Below, piece by piece: positions 1 through 9,657 of a DNA stretch of 64,000 nucleotides (position 1 is its first letter; every line of letters starts with the position of its first letter). The notes below the pieces were generated by a model that saw nothing but the letters and a program-made list of their open reading frames with translations, did not search any database and had not been told where the DNA came from. The DNA comes from Nitrososphaerota archaeon (GTDB lineage: Archaea; Thermoproteota; Nitrososphaeria_A; Caldarchaeales; Calditenuaceae): NCBI GenBank assembly GCA_033581555.1, contig JAVQSZ010000004.1, forward strand, positions 32,001-96,000, in the 5' to 3' direction. Made by a program: the position numbers and the translations under genes.

Positions 1-732
1 CTCTTGGACGCCCTTCACCTCGACTAGCCCGCTGCCCGCGATCGAGACGTTCAGGTCCTGCCTCACGGTCCCTATCCCCCTCTTAACGCCCCTCGTCGCC
101 CTCAGGAGCCTCCCTATGGCGAGAGCGGCCCGGTAAACCTCGTCGGGGGTCTCGAGGACCGGCGCCGTTGAGACCTCGATCAGCGGTATTCCCAGCCTCG
201 AGAGGTCGTAGACTACCGAGTCCTCCCTCGCCTCGACGATCCTCGCGGCGTCCTCCTCAAGCGTTATCGTCTGAATCGGGACCTCCTTCTCGCCTGCCCT
301 CACCGAACCGCCCGTCGCGACGACGCAGGTCCGCTGGAACCCGGTCGTGTTGGAACCGTCGATCACGATCTTCCTCATCACGTGAACTTCATCGACCGGC
401 CTGGCTCCGACCATCCTCGCGAAGGTTAAGGCGATCCTCAGCGCCTCCGGGTTCAGGCCGTGCGGGGGCTCCTCGTCCATCTCGACGAGGCAAGCGCTCC
501 CCAGGTCGGCCCTGTAGACGATCGTCCTCGCGCGGCGGGCCTCAAACCGCGCCGCGGGATCAACCTCGCCGAGCTCGCTCTGCGCCTCCCTCAGCCTCCT
601 GACGAACTCGACCCTCTCCCCGGTCTCGATCGGGTCGGTCGGGCAGCCGCAGAAGAGCTTCGTCCTGGTGTTAAGCTGCCTGTGGACCTCGAGCCCCACC
701 TTGAGCCCGATCTCCCGGTAGTCCAGGCTCAG
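1..732 (-). CDS. gatE: Glu-tRNA(Gln) amidotransferase subunit E (5' part; runs off window edge)
   Basis: Manual minus-strand translation gives LSLDYREIGLKVGLEVHRQLNTRTKLFCGCP, the GatE/GatB N-terminus. Directly follows gatD. Apparent CTG start overlaps the gatD stop. Confidence 0.93.
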   Translation of the reverse strand, partial: MSLDYREIGLKVGLEVHRQLNTRTKLFCGCPTDPIETGERVEFVRRLREAQSELGEVDPAARFEARRARTIVYRADLGSACLVEMDEEPPHGLNPEALRIALTFARMVGARPVDEVHVMRKIVIDGSNTTGFQRTCVVATGGSVRAGEKEVPIQTITLEEDAARIVEAREDSVVYDLSRLGIPLIEVSTAPVLETPDEVYRAALAIGRLLRATRGVKRGIGTVRQDLNVSIAGSGLVEVKGVQE

Positions 733-2066
733 GCCAGATCACCCCGCTCGGTCCACACGGGAAGGCTCCGCTCGCCGATTTCGCCCGCGACTGGCGTCAG
801 CATCGCCCTCCTGACCTCCGACGGGTCGTTGAACCTGTGAAGGGCCCAGCAGAGCTTGACGTACGCCACCTCGGGCAGCATGTCGCTCAACGGCGTGACG
901 CCAGCGGCCAGTAGGTCCCTGCCGTTGTCGTAGACGTTCATGTTCACCCTCCCGAACCTGCACTGGGACCCCATCCCTACGAACGCGCCCTCGCCGACGA
1001 GTCTCCTGATCGCAGGGATCCAGCTCGAGGTCACGTGCCCCAGCCCGGTCCCCTCGAGGACGAAGCCCCTGTAGCCCATCTCCCAGAGCGCCTCGAGGAC
1101 CTCCGCCCTCATCCCCGGGAAGAACTTCAACAGGACCGCCCTCTCGTCGAAGCCAGGCTCGAAGGAGTAGTCGTCGGCCGACCTCGGGTGGAGGCCCTCT
1201 GCCTTCACTACCAGCTTCCCGTCCCTCACGTATGCGACCGGCCTCGAGTTGACGCTCCTGAACGCGTCCCGGCTACTCGTGTGGAGCTTCACGACCCTCG
1301 TCCCCCGGTGGACCGCGATGACGTCGTCCGAGTGCCAGGCGTGCATCGCCACGACGACCTCCGCGAAGGGCGCCTTCCCCGCGACGAGTAGGGCCGCGAG
1401 GAGGTTGGTCGCGGCGTCGCTGGACGGCCTGTCGCTGCTCCTCTGGGCACCGACTAACACGACCGGGACGGGTGGCCTCTGGAGGGCGAAGCTGAGTGCC
1501 GCGGCCGTGTAGGCCATCGTGTCGGTCCCATGGGCCACCACGACCCCGTCGTAACCCCCCTCGATCCTCTCGTGGACTGCCCTAGCTATGAGGTCCCACT
1601 CGCGCTGGGTCATGTTCTCGCTGTAGATCGAGAGCACGACCTCGCTCTCCACGTTTGCGACCTCCGCGACCTCCCTCACCGTCGAGACCAGGTCCTCCGT
1701 CGTCATCGCGGGCCTCACCGCTCCCGTCCTGTAGTCGACCCTCGAAGCGATGGTCCCTCCGGTCCCTATGAGCGCGACCCGCGGCAAGTCCGGATTGGAG
1801 GGCGGAAGCTCGCCCCTGACGAAGGCCGGGGCCCTCCCCCTCGAGAGCCTCCTGACCGTCGTCCGGTCGTCGACAACTATCCCGACGTTGTAGCCGTTCC
1901 GGAGCTTCAGCGTGATCACCCCATCCTCCGCGTACTCCGGCCTCGAGATCAGGTACCCGACGTACCTGGTGCCGTCGGCGGTGACCACCTCCAGCTCGTC
2001 TCCGACCTCAGCTCCTAAGGACTCCAGGAGCTCGCCGAGCCTGCCCCTGTAGCCCGACGCGCCCAT
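729..2066 (-). CDS. gatD: Glu-tRNA(Gln) amidotransferase subunit D
   Basis: KLRNGYNVG, GTGGTIASRVDYRTGAV, HGTDT and GAQRSSDRPSSD motifs. Start reassigned to ATG at 2066 (MGASGY). Confidence 0.96.
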   Translation of the reverse strand: MGASGYRGRLGELLESLGAEVGDELEVVTADGTRYVGYLISRPEYAEDGVITLKLRNGYNVGIVVDDRTTVRRLSRGRAPAFVRGELPPSNPDLPRVALIGTGGTIASRVDYRTGAVRPAMTTEDLVSTVREVAEVANVESEVVLSIYSENMTQREWDLIARAVHERIEGGYDGVVVAHGTDTMAYTAAALSFALQRPPVPVVLVGAQRSSDRPSSDAATNLLAALLVAGKAPFAEVVVAMHAWHSDDVIAVHRGTRVVKLHTSSRDAFRSVNSRPVAYVRDGKLVVKAEGLHPRSADDYSFEPGFDERAVLLKFFPGMRAEVLEALWEMGYRGFVLEGTGLGHVTSSWIPAIRRLVGEGAFVGMGSQCRFGRVNMNVYDNGRDLLAAGVTPLSDMLPEVAYVKLCWALHRFNDPSEVRRAMLTPVAGEIGERSLPVWTERGDLA

Positions 2067-2129
2067 CCGCCGCGATCCCGGTCCGAGTATGACTAATAAG
2101 TTTCTGAAGAAGGGTTCTGACGAGGTCAC

Positions 2130-2546
2130 ATGCCCATAACGGTTCGTGTGAGGGACGTGATGGAGACGAACGTTCCGACGATGGAGGCGGACGCGACCGT
2201 AATGGAGGCCGTGAAGCGGATGGTCGCCGAGAACGTCTGGTCGTTCCTGGTCACGAAGAGGGGCCTCCCTGTGGGAGTGGTTACGGAGAGGGACATCCTG
2301 AGGAGGTGCATCGCGAAGGGCCACAGCCTCAACATGAAGCTGGAGGAGATCATGTCGTCGCCAATCATCACGATAGGGCCCGACGAGCCGATCGGGAAGG
2401 CTCTGCAGCTGATGGCGGAGAAGAACGTCAGGAGACTCTACGTCGTCGAGGGAGGGAAGGTGATCGGCCGGATCACCCAGACCAAGTCGATGGAGTCGCT
2501 GCTGAACGTCCTCCTCACGCTGCAGTCGCTGCCGTACCAGCTCTGA
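2130..2546 (+). CDS. CBS domain pair protein
   Basis: VRDVM...GVVTERDILRR...IMSSPIITI...NVRRLYVV pattern. Confidence 0.9.
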   Translation: MPITVRVRDVMETNVPTMEADATVMEAVKRMVAENVWSFLVTKRGLPVGVVTERDILRRCIAKGHSLNMKLEEIMSSPIITIGPDEPIGKALQLMAEKNVRRLYVVEGGKVIGRITQTKSMESLLNVLLTLQSLPYQL

Positions 2547-2558
2547 GTGCGGGCCCAG

Positions 2559-2978
2559 CTAATCCACCGGTATCCTCCTACCCGCCCCCTTCTTCCTCAT
2601 CCTCACCTCGAGTATCCCGTTGCGATAGGTGCCCTTGACCGAGTCGGTGTCGACCGGGTCCGGCAGCTCGAGGACCAGCCTGTAGCACTGGACGGTCCTC
2701 TCGTAGCCTCTGCTGACCCTCACGCCGTACCTGATAGGCGCGTAGACGCTCACGCCGAACTCGGAGACCCTCAGGTCGATCTCCTCCTTCCTGACGCCCG
2801 GCATGTCGACGCTCAGGACGTACTCCTCTTCGGTCTCCCGGAGGTCGTGGAGGGGCTGGAGGCACTGGCCGGCCCACTCGTCGTGGCGGAGCTCCGTGAG
2901 GAACTGTTCGATGTCCCTCGCGATCTCCTCCTCGATCTCCCTCACGACGTCGAAGACCGACCTCCGTCTCCTGAACAT
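2559..2978 (-). CDS. Small heat shock protein (Hsp20/alpha-crystallin)
   Basis: DMPGVRKEEIDL and TYRNGILEV motifs, with C-terminal IPV motif. Confidence 0.92.
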   Translation of the reverse strand: MFRRRRSVFDVVREIEEEIARDIEQFLTELRHDEWAGQCLQPLHDLRETEEEYVLSVDMPGVRKEEIDLRVSEFGVSVYAPIRYGVRVSRGYERTVQCYRLVLELPDPVDTDSVKGTYRNGILEVRMRKKGAGRRIPVD

Positions 2979-3056
2979 TCCCGTGAATTCGATCGGATGG
3001 CTGGAGATAACGGTGACGGGCGACCCTATATCCGGCCCTGGCCTCCCCGGCGCGGG

Positions 3057-3917
3057 ATGAGGGAGGTCGACGAGTCTTTCCTCGCGGAGGTCTTACCTCC
3101 CCGCAGGAGGAGCTCGAGGAAGGGCGAGAACGGCGTCGTCCTCTGCGTCGGCGGGAGCAGGCTCTACCACGGCGCTCCGATATTGATGGCCCTAGCGGCC
3201 TACCGGACCGGCGTCGACCTGGTCTACTTGGCTATACCCAGGGCCCACGAGGTCGCCGCGAGGTCCACGAGCCCCTCCCTGATCGTGATCCCGATGACCG
3301 ACTTCAAGCTCACGAAGCGCGTCGCGGACCAGGTCCTCAAGTGGCTCCCGAGCAGGCCCGGCTCCGCCGCGATCGGTCCCGGCCTCTCCGTCGCTAAGCC
3401 AGTCGCCCTCCAGTACCTCGTCGGCCAACTCCTCTCGATGGGCGCGTCGGTCGTGCTCGACGCTGGAGCGCTCATCCCCGAAGCCCTCGAGGTGGTCTCG
3501 GGGAAGAATGCGGTCCTCACGCCCCACGCCGGCGAGTTCAGGAGGGTCTTCGGGAGGGACCCCGGCACGACGGTCGAGGAGAGGGCGAGGTCGGCGAGGG
3601 AGGAGGCCGCGAGGCACCGCGTGACCGTGCTGCTCAAGGGCCCCGTCGACGTGGTCACCGACGGCGAGGAGGTCCTGGTGAACAGGAGGGGATCACCGAA
3701 CATGACCGTCGGCGGCACCGGGGACGTCCTGACCGGGGTCGTCGCGGGCCTCCTCGCGAAGGGCATGTCGCCTCTCGAGGCCGCGGCGGCGGGCGCCTAC
3801 GTGAACGGCGTCTGCGGCGAGATGGCGGAGCGCGAGATCGGCCACCACCTCCTGCCCACGGACCTCCTCCCTCTGATCCCGAAGGCGATGATGAGGTTCG
3901 AGAGGACTGTCGACTGA
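3057..3917 (+). CDS. nnrD: ADP-dependent NAD(P)H-hydrate dehydratase (YjeF C-terminal domain only)
   Basis: KGENG, GGSRLYHGAP, AIGPGL, LTPHAGEF and GGTGDVLTG motifs. Start reassigned to ATG at 3057. Confidence 0.9.
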   Translation: MREVDESFLAEVLPPRRRSSRKGENGVVLCVGGSRLYHGAPILMALAAYRTGVDLVYLAIPRAHEVAARSTSPSLIVIPMTDFKLTKRVADQVLKWLPSRPGSAAIGPGLSVAKPVALQYLVGQLLSMGASVVLDAGALIPEALEVVSGKNAVLTPHAGEFRRVFGRDPGTTVEERARSAREEAARHRVTVLLKGPVDVVTDGEEVLVNRRGSPNMTVGGTGDVLTGVVAGLLAKGMSPLEAAAAGAYVNGVCGEMAEREIGHHLLPTDLLPLIPKAMMRFERTVD

Positions 3918-5972
3918 TCAGCGTCTCGGCCTCAGCGACCTCAGGACCTCGCCGACGTCGTTGGTAGGTAGCCTACAGGAGAAACCCTCGCAGAGGTAGA
4001 ACGTCGGGCCGTCCCCGATGACCGACTTGTCCGAGACCGCGTCCCTGAGCAGCTCCGGCGCGGAGCCCTCCCTCACGGGCGCGAGGACCGCGTAGGGGTG
4101 GCAGCTCCTGTAGAGCCTGAGCAGCGTCTCCGCGTCCATCGGTCCCTTAGAGACTACGAATAGCTCCCTCGCTTCCTTGCTTAGCAGCGGGAGCTCCGCG
4201 ACGAAGTAGGGGAAGCTCAGCGGGTCCTCCGAGATCCTTCCGCTTAGTCTCCTGGCGATCGAGTCGGCCGCCTCGCCGTATCTCTGGGAGGCTGTCGCGT
4301 GGAAGAGCCTCGCGAGGAGCGAGAACGCAAGCGTCGTGCCGGTCGGGATCACCCCCTCGTAGTTCTCCGTGAGGTTCGAGTGGGGCCCCTGCTCGTCCTC
4401 GGGCGAGTACAGAACCGAGCCGTCCTCCCGGACGAACCTCTCGAGTAGGGCGTCGGCCATCGAGGCCGCGATCTCGAGGTACCTCTCCTCGCCCGTTAGG
4501 GACCAGACGTCGAGGGCAGCCCTCCCGACCGCGGCGTAGTCCTCCGACCTACCCTCGAGCTCCCCCCTGCTCCCGAGCCAGTACCTCCAGAGCCTCCCGC
4601 CGTCGAAGAGGAGGCGGACCAACGAGTCGAGGGTCTCCCGCGCCAGCCTCAGGTAACCCGCCTCGCCGAACGCCGCGGCGGCCAGCGCGATCCCGGAGAC
4701 CGCGAGCCCGTTCCAGGACGCGATCACCTTCTCGTCCCTCTCGGGCCTGACCCTACTGGACCTGATCTCGAAGAGCCGCCGCCTCACGTGCTCGAACGTT
4801 TCCTCTGTCCTCATCCCGAACGCAGCGGCGAGCTCGGAGGGATCTCCAGCGGCCATCAGGACGTTCCTCCCCGCCTCGAAGTTCCCAGACTCGGTGGCGC
4901 CGAAGAACCTCGCGACGGCCCTCCCCCTCTCCTCGCCGAAGGCCTCGATCAGCTCCCTGTAGGTCCAGGTGTAGTAGCGGCCCTCCTCGCCCTCGGACTC
5001 GGCGTCGAGGGACGAGCAGAAGCAGCCGGACTCGGATCTCAGCTCCCTGACCATGAACCCGACAGTCTCCCTGACGACCCTCTCGTACCTCTCGAGCCCA
5101 GTCAGGACGTAGGCCTCCGCGTAGGCCGCGGTCAGGAGGGCGTTGTCGTAGAGCATCTTCTCGAAGTGGGGGACCCTCCAGGCCCTGTCCACCGAGTACC
5201 TGTGGAAGCCTCCGCCGAGCTGATCCATTATCCCGCCCCTCGCCATCGAGTCCAGCGTCCTCACGAGGACCCGTCTCGAGAGCTGGTTGCCGGTGAGCGC
5301 GTGGTGCCTCGAGGCGACCAACAGCAACCCGACCTGCGGGAACTTGGGGGCGTTCCCGAACCCCCCGTAGTCCTCGTCGAAGAGCATCACGAGCTGGTCG
5401 AAGGCGTTCGCGAGGGCCTCGTTCGACTCACTCGGCCTTTCCCTCGGCCTCGGGAGCGAGAAGCTCTCCCTGACGAGCCTGTCGATCCTTTCGGCCTCCG
5501 CGACGACCTCGTCCCTCCTGTTCTTCCAGGCGTTGATCACCGCGAGCAGCACCTCCTTCAAACTCGGGAGTCCGTACTTAGGCTCCTTCGGGAAGTACGT
5601 CCCTCCGTAGAAGGGCTTTAGGTCCGGAGTCAGGAAGGCCGTCAGCGGCCAGCCCCCGGTCCCCGTCATCAGCTGGACCGCCCTCATGTAGTACTCGTCG
5701 ACGTGTGGGTGCTCCTCTCGGTCGACCTTGACGGGAACGAAGTGCCTGTTCAGGAGCTTCGCGGTCTCCTCGTCCTCGAAGGACTCCCTCTCCATCACCG
5801 AGCACCAGTGACAGGCGAGGTACCCGACGCTGAGGAAGATCGGCTTGTCCTCGTCCCTCGCCTTCCTGAAGGCCCCCTCGCCCCAAGGGTACCAGTCTAC
5901 CGGGTTGTGTGCATGCCTCCTGAGGTACTGGCTCTTGGCCTCTGCTAGCCTGTTCGGCCCCTTCCTCTCCAC
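3918..5972 (-). CDS. YyaL/SSP411 (DUF255) thioredoxin-domain protein
   Basis: NRLA...[29 protein letters not shown] and [11 protein letters not shown]. Start inferred at GTG 5972. Confidence 0.92.
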   Translation of the reverse strand: MERKGPNRLAEAKSQYLRRHAHNPVDWYPWGEGAFRKARDEDKPIFLSVGYLACHWCSVMERESFEDEETAKLLNRHFVPVKVDREEHPHVDEYYMRAVQLMTGTGGWPLTAFLTPDLKPFYGGTYFPKEPKYGLPSLKEVLLAVINAWKNRRDEVVAEAERIDRLVRESFSLPRPRERPSESNEALANAFDQLVMLFDEDYGGFGNAPKFPQVGLLLVASRHHALTGNQLSRRVLVRTLDSMARGGIMDQLGGGFHRYSVDRAWRVPHFEKMLYDNALLTAAYAEAYVLTGLERYERVVRETVGFMVRELRSESGCFCSSLDAESEGEEGRYYTWTYRELIEAFGEERGRAVARFFGATESGNFEAGRNVLMAAGDPSELAAAFGMRTEETFEHVRRRLFEIRSSRVRPERDEKVIASWNGLAVSGIALAAAAFGEAGYLRLARETLDSLVRLLFDGGRLWRYWLGSRGELEGRSEDYAAVGRAALDVWSLTGEERYLEIAASMADALLERFVREDGSVLYSPEDEQGPHSNLTENYEGVIPTGTTLAFSLLARLFHATASQRYGEAADSIARRLSGRISEDPLSFPYFVAELPLLSKEARELFVVSKGPMDAETLLRLYRSCHPYAVLAPVREGSAPELLRDAVSDKSVIGDGPTFYLCEGFSCRLPTNDVGEVLRSLRPRR

Positions 5973-6202
5973 GTCCCTTCCGCCCCCTCCCCGTAGATAA
6001 CGTGTTCCGGTCGACCGAGCGCTGCTGGTGGCCGCTCTGGCGCCCGTGCTGGAGGCCCCTGAGGGCACAGAACGTCCGCTTGACGTCTCCGGAACGAGGG
6101 CCCGGTCCTCCATGAGCGTGGGCTTGTAGTTTCAACAATAAAGCGCATGGTCCGTTGTTATGACCACATCATTATTAAGCAACAATTTGTAGTACCCGCG
6201 CC

Positions 6203-7417
6203 TTGCGGGCCGAGACCGCTCGAGTCCTCAGTGCTGAGGCTCCGAGGATTTGGCCGCTGGGTGCGTTAGGCTTCGTCGCGCTCATCGACACCTCGATGAT
6301 CTCGCCGGTGATCGCGTCCCACGCGCTGCTGCTCGGCGCCGACAGGGTCTTCGCGGCCACGATAGCCGGGTCCTACTCGCTGGTCGCGATCTTCACGACG
6401 ATGGTCGCGGGCTACTTGGTCGACAGGATCGGGAGGAGGAGGCTTCTAGGCGCGGGGCTCACCGCGGACCTCATCCTGATGTTCGGGTACGCGTTCTCGA
6501 CGAGCCCGCTCCAGCTGCTCGCGGTCAGGATCGCCCACGCGGTCGCCGACGCCTTCGTCGTCCCTTCGGCTCTCGCGACGATCGGGGACCTGTTCCAGAG
6601 GGTCCTCGGCCGGTCGCTGGCGATCTACTGGACCTCCGTGGCCGTCGCTATAATTGTCGGCTCCGGGAGCGCAAGCGCCCTCGTGCTTAGGTTCGGACAC
6701 CCCGGCGTGTACCTCGTCGTCGCCGGCGCGATAGCCGCGACCCTAATCACGCTCAGGCTAGGAGGCTACTCGCATAAGGAGGAAAGTCACCGCGGCCGCG
6801 GCTCCTACGGGGCCGCGATCTCCGCGCACGTCGTGCCGATCGCCCTCGCGTCGGCGGCCATGCTCTCCATGTACCTAGTGATCGGGGGGATCATCGGCAC
6901 GGCTCCGTCGATGCTCGTGGAGAGGGCCGGCCTCGACGAGAGGGGAGCTGCCGCGATGGTCGGGATGTTCATGGCCCTCTCGACCGGAGTGGCGATACCG
7001 CTCTTCTTCGCCGCCGAGCGGGTCGCCTCCAGAATCTCGCCTTACGTGGGAGCTGCGGTAGGTCTGGTCGCGGCCTCTGCGGCGTCCTACCTCCTCGACG
7101 CGGGGGTTGCCAACAGGGCGCTCTGGTATGCGAGCGCGGTCGTGTTCGGCGTCACCCTCGGCTTCGTCTTCCTGACCTCCTCGTTCATCGCGGTCTCCCT
7201 GCCCTCTGAGATTCGCGGGACTGCCTCGGGCATCTCCCAAGGGATGGGCCTCATGGGGGTCGTCGCGGGCTCACTGATCTCGGCGGTCCTCGCAGGCCTT
7301 CACCTGCCGGTCGGGACGTTCACGGTGATGGGCCTTCCCTCCCTTGCGACGGCTGGACTAGCGGCTGCAGTCTCCGTCCGCCGAGGGCGCATCGGGAAAC
7401 CCGAAAATAGAGCCTGA
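6203..7417 (+). CDS. MFS transporter
   Basis: About 12 hydrophobic segments and MFS motif A (GYLVDRIGRR). Confidence 0.88.
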   Translation: MRAETARVLSAEAPRIWPLGALGFVALIDTSMISPVIASHALLLGADRVFAATIAGSYSLVAIFTTMVAGYLVDRIGRRRLLGAGLTADLILMFGYAFSTSPLQLLAVRIAHAVADAFVVPSALATIGDLFQRVLGRSLAIYWTSVAVAIIVGSGSASALVLRFGHPGVYLVVAGAIAATLITLRLGGYSHKEESHRGRGSYGAAISAHVVPIALASAAMLSMYLVIGGIIGTAPSMLVERAGLDERGAAAMVGMFMALSTGVAIPLFFAAERVASRISPYVGAAVGLVAASAASYLLDAGVANRALWYASAVVFGVTLGFVFLTSSFIAVSLPSEIRGTASGISQGMGLMGVVAGSLISAVLAGLHLPVGTFTVMGLPSLATAGLAAAVSVRRGRIGKPENRA

Positions 7418-7430
7418 GCCGTGTAACGCC

Positions 7431-7979
7431 GTGAGCTCTAAGGTCTCGAAGGAGCAGATCGAGGCCTTCGTCAAGACCTGGCTCGGGTACGTCGAGTCGG
7501 AGAAGGAGAGGACGGGGCTCCCGATCGTTGGGGACGAGAAGAATGGCGACCCACTCTTCGTGGACCAGAGGGAGATCAGGCTCAGGTACCTCATCCCCGT
7601 GAAGAGGATCTCCCAGTTCTTCGAGGGCCTGAAGAGGAACGAGGTCCTCTACACCGAGTGCAGGCGATGCGGGTCCAAGTTCTTCCCGCCACAGTCCGAC
7701 TGCTCAAGGTGCGGCTCCAATGAGATGGAGTGGAGGAAGGTCGAGGGCGAGGGCACGCTCCTCACCTACACGAAGATCCTGGTCAAGCCGACGAGCTTCA
7801 TGCACTACGACGACTACATCGTCGGGATCGCGAGGATGAAGGAGGGCTTCAACGTATTGGCGTGGGTGAAGGCCGGTGACGTCTCCGAGCTCAAGGTCGG
7901 GATGCCAGTGAGGCTCGAGGTCGAGAGGAGGCAGGAGGACAACTACCTCACGTACGTGCTGGTCCCAGTGAGATCTTGA
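7431..7979 (+). CDS. DUF35-type Zn-ribbon/OB-fold protein with N-terminal extension
   Basis: CRRCG...FFPPQSDCSRCG followed by EGTLLTYT OB-fold. Confidence 0.85.
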   Translation: MSSKVSKEQIEAFVKTWLGYVESEKERTGLPIVGDEKNGDPLFVDQREIRLRYLIPVKRISQFFEGLKRNEVLYTECRRCGSKFFPPQSDCSRCGSNEMEWRKVEGEGTLLTYTKILVKPTSFMHYDDYIVGIARMKEGFNVLAWVKAGDVSELKVGMPVRLEVERRQEDNYLTYVLVPVRS

Positions 7980-8776
7980 CGCTCGGCCTCACGCTGAGTG
8001 AGCTCAGGGCGCTTGTCGAGGAGGCGAAGGGGGTCCTCTCGGCTGAGCCCGCGGTCCTGAGGGTCGACGTCGGCAAGGTCCTCGTGATCGGGGACCTGCA
8101 CGGCGACCTCGAGTCCCTGGAGTCGTCGCTGGAGCTGGTGGACCGGTACGATGTGCTGATCTTCCTCGGGGACTTCGTCGACAGGGGTCCCCACCAACTC
8201 GAGGTCCTCGCGGAGCTGATGAGGGCGAAGGTCGAGTTCAGGGACAGGGTCCTATTGATCAGGGGGAACCACGAGACCGCCCAGATGAACTACGCCTACG
8301 GGTTCTACCACGTCGTCGCGAGGAGGTTCGGGGCCGGAGCCTACGGGCTGGTCGCGGAGCTCTTCTCAGAGCTCCCGATCTTCGCGGTCGTCAACGGCGA
8401 GACGATGGCGGTCCACGGCGGCATACCGAGGGGCGTGCGCTCGGTCGGGGAGCTGATGGGCGTAAGGAAGCAGGGCGAAGACCTCGAGGACGACGTAGTG
8501 GTCCAGATGCTCTGGAACGACCCCGACGAGTCGATCGAGGACTTCGGGCCGAGCTGGAGGGGTCCAGGGATCTACACCTACGGCAGACGGGCTGTCGCGA
8601 GCTTCCTCTCGGCCTCCGGGCTGAAGAGGATCGTGAGGGCCCACGAGCCCGACCCGGACGGCCTCCGGTACAGCTTTGGCGGGTCCGTGATCACGGTCTT
8701 CTCCTGCAGGCACTACGGGATCTCACCGGCGGCCCTCGAGCTGGGCCCCGACGGGCCGAGGAGGGTGCAGCTCTAG
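7976..8776 (+). CDS. PPP-family Ser/Thr protein phosphatase (metallophosphoesterase)
   Basis: GDLHG, GDFVDRG, RGNHE, HGG, LWNDP and RAHE motifs. Confidence 0.92.
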   Translation: MTLGLTLSELRALVEEAKGVLSAEPAVLRVDVGKVLVIGDLHGDLESLESSLELVDRYDVLIFLGDFVDRGPHQLEVLAELMRAKVEFRDRVLLIRGNHETAQMNYAYGFYHVVARRFGAGAYGLVAELFSELPIFAVVNGETMAVHGGIPRGVRSVGELMGVRKQGEDLEDDVVVQMLWNDPDESIEDFGPSWRGPGIYTYGRRAVASFLSASGLKRIVRAHEPDPDGLRYSFGGSVITVFSCRHYGISPAALELGPDGPRRVQL

Positions 8777-8778
8777 TA

Positions 8779-9657
8779 TTGAGGCCGTGGGAGGTCCTAG
8801 ACCCGAGGGCCCTCGCGGACTCGCTCTCCACAGGGGTGAGATTCAGGAGGGCCTTCGCGGTCTTCGGGATCGCAGCCGCGATGATCGCGACCTCCGGCGT
8901 CGTCAACACGGTCCTCCTAACCGAGTGGGTATACCCGTTCGCCTCGTTCAGGGAGATCGCCCTGCCCTTTACCTCCGCGAGGGACGTCGCCTTCGCCTCT
9001 GTCGGATACCTCGTGATCGGGACGGTCGTCGTCATGTTCACGCTAGCCGCGGTCTCCTTCGCCTCCGGCAGGAGGGGCTTCTCGGCGGAGCTGGTCTCGG
9101 TGGTCCTGCACGCCTCGGCCTTCGTCGCGGTGGCCTCCGCGCTGGTCCTCGCCTACGGGCTCGTCGCGGAGCAGAGGACCTTCTACGTCGTCGGCGTCGA
9201 GGTCGAGGGCTTCAAGGCAGAGAACGTCTCCTACGCCGGTAAGCTCATTGGGAGCGGGGACGAAGTGAGGGGCGTTGCCGAGGTCGCGAGGGCGAAGAGG
9301 CTCGAGATGCGCGTCGAGCCGAACGACGTCGGGTCCCTCAAGGACGGGAACTATAGGGAACGGGTGGTGCTGAGGGGGCTGGCCGTCAGGGCCAACCGGA
9401 CCGTATCGGAGGTCGGCGACGTCGTGGTGAGCTCGATCACGTACGACCTAATGTCCTATGAGTCCCTTGAGTCCGTGGATATCGTCCCGAGGGTCCAGAG
9501 GGAGCCGATCTCCGCGGCGATATCCGTGGGCGGCTGGGTCTCGATGGTCGTACATTCCTGTTGGACGCTCAAGATCAGGATGAGAGCGGGTAAGCGTTGG
9601 GCCGCAGGCGCCGCGGTCGCGGTCACGGTCGTCTTGCTGGTCCTTGGGATCTTGTGA
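8779..9657 (+). CDS. Hypothetical membrane protein
   Basis: Several TM segments flanking a soluble loop; starts 2 nt after the phosphatase stop. Confidence 0.6.
   Translation: MRPWEVLDPRALADSLSTGVRFRRAFAVFGIAAAMIATSGVVNTVLLTEWVYPFASFREIALPFTSARDVAFASVGYLVIGTVVVMFTLAAVSFASGRRGFSAELVSVVLHASAFVAVASALVLAYGLVAEQRTFYVVGVEVEGFKAENVSYAGKLIGSGDEVRGVAEVARAKRLEMRVEPNDVGSLKDGNYRERVVLRGLAVRANRTVSEVGDVVVSSITYDLMSYESLESVDIVPRVQREPISAAISVGGWVSMVVHSCWTLKIRMRAGKRWAAGAAVAVTVVLLVLGIL

Noticed and set aside
168-840. Plus-strand ORFs of 144 and 126 aa
   Set aside because: Antisense shadows of gatE/gatD; the same applies to the many long shadow ORFs across this high-GC window.
2547-3056. Apparent long N-terminal extension on NnrD
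   Set aside because: It is the antisense of the hsp20 gene; the real start is ATG 3057.
5975-6125. GC-rich spacer with GTTCCGG/CCGGAAC arms as an ncRNA
   Set aside because: Short complementarity is expected by chance at this GC; no tRNA, SRP or RNase P hallmarks.
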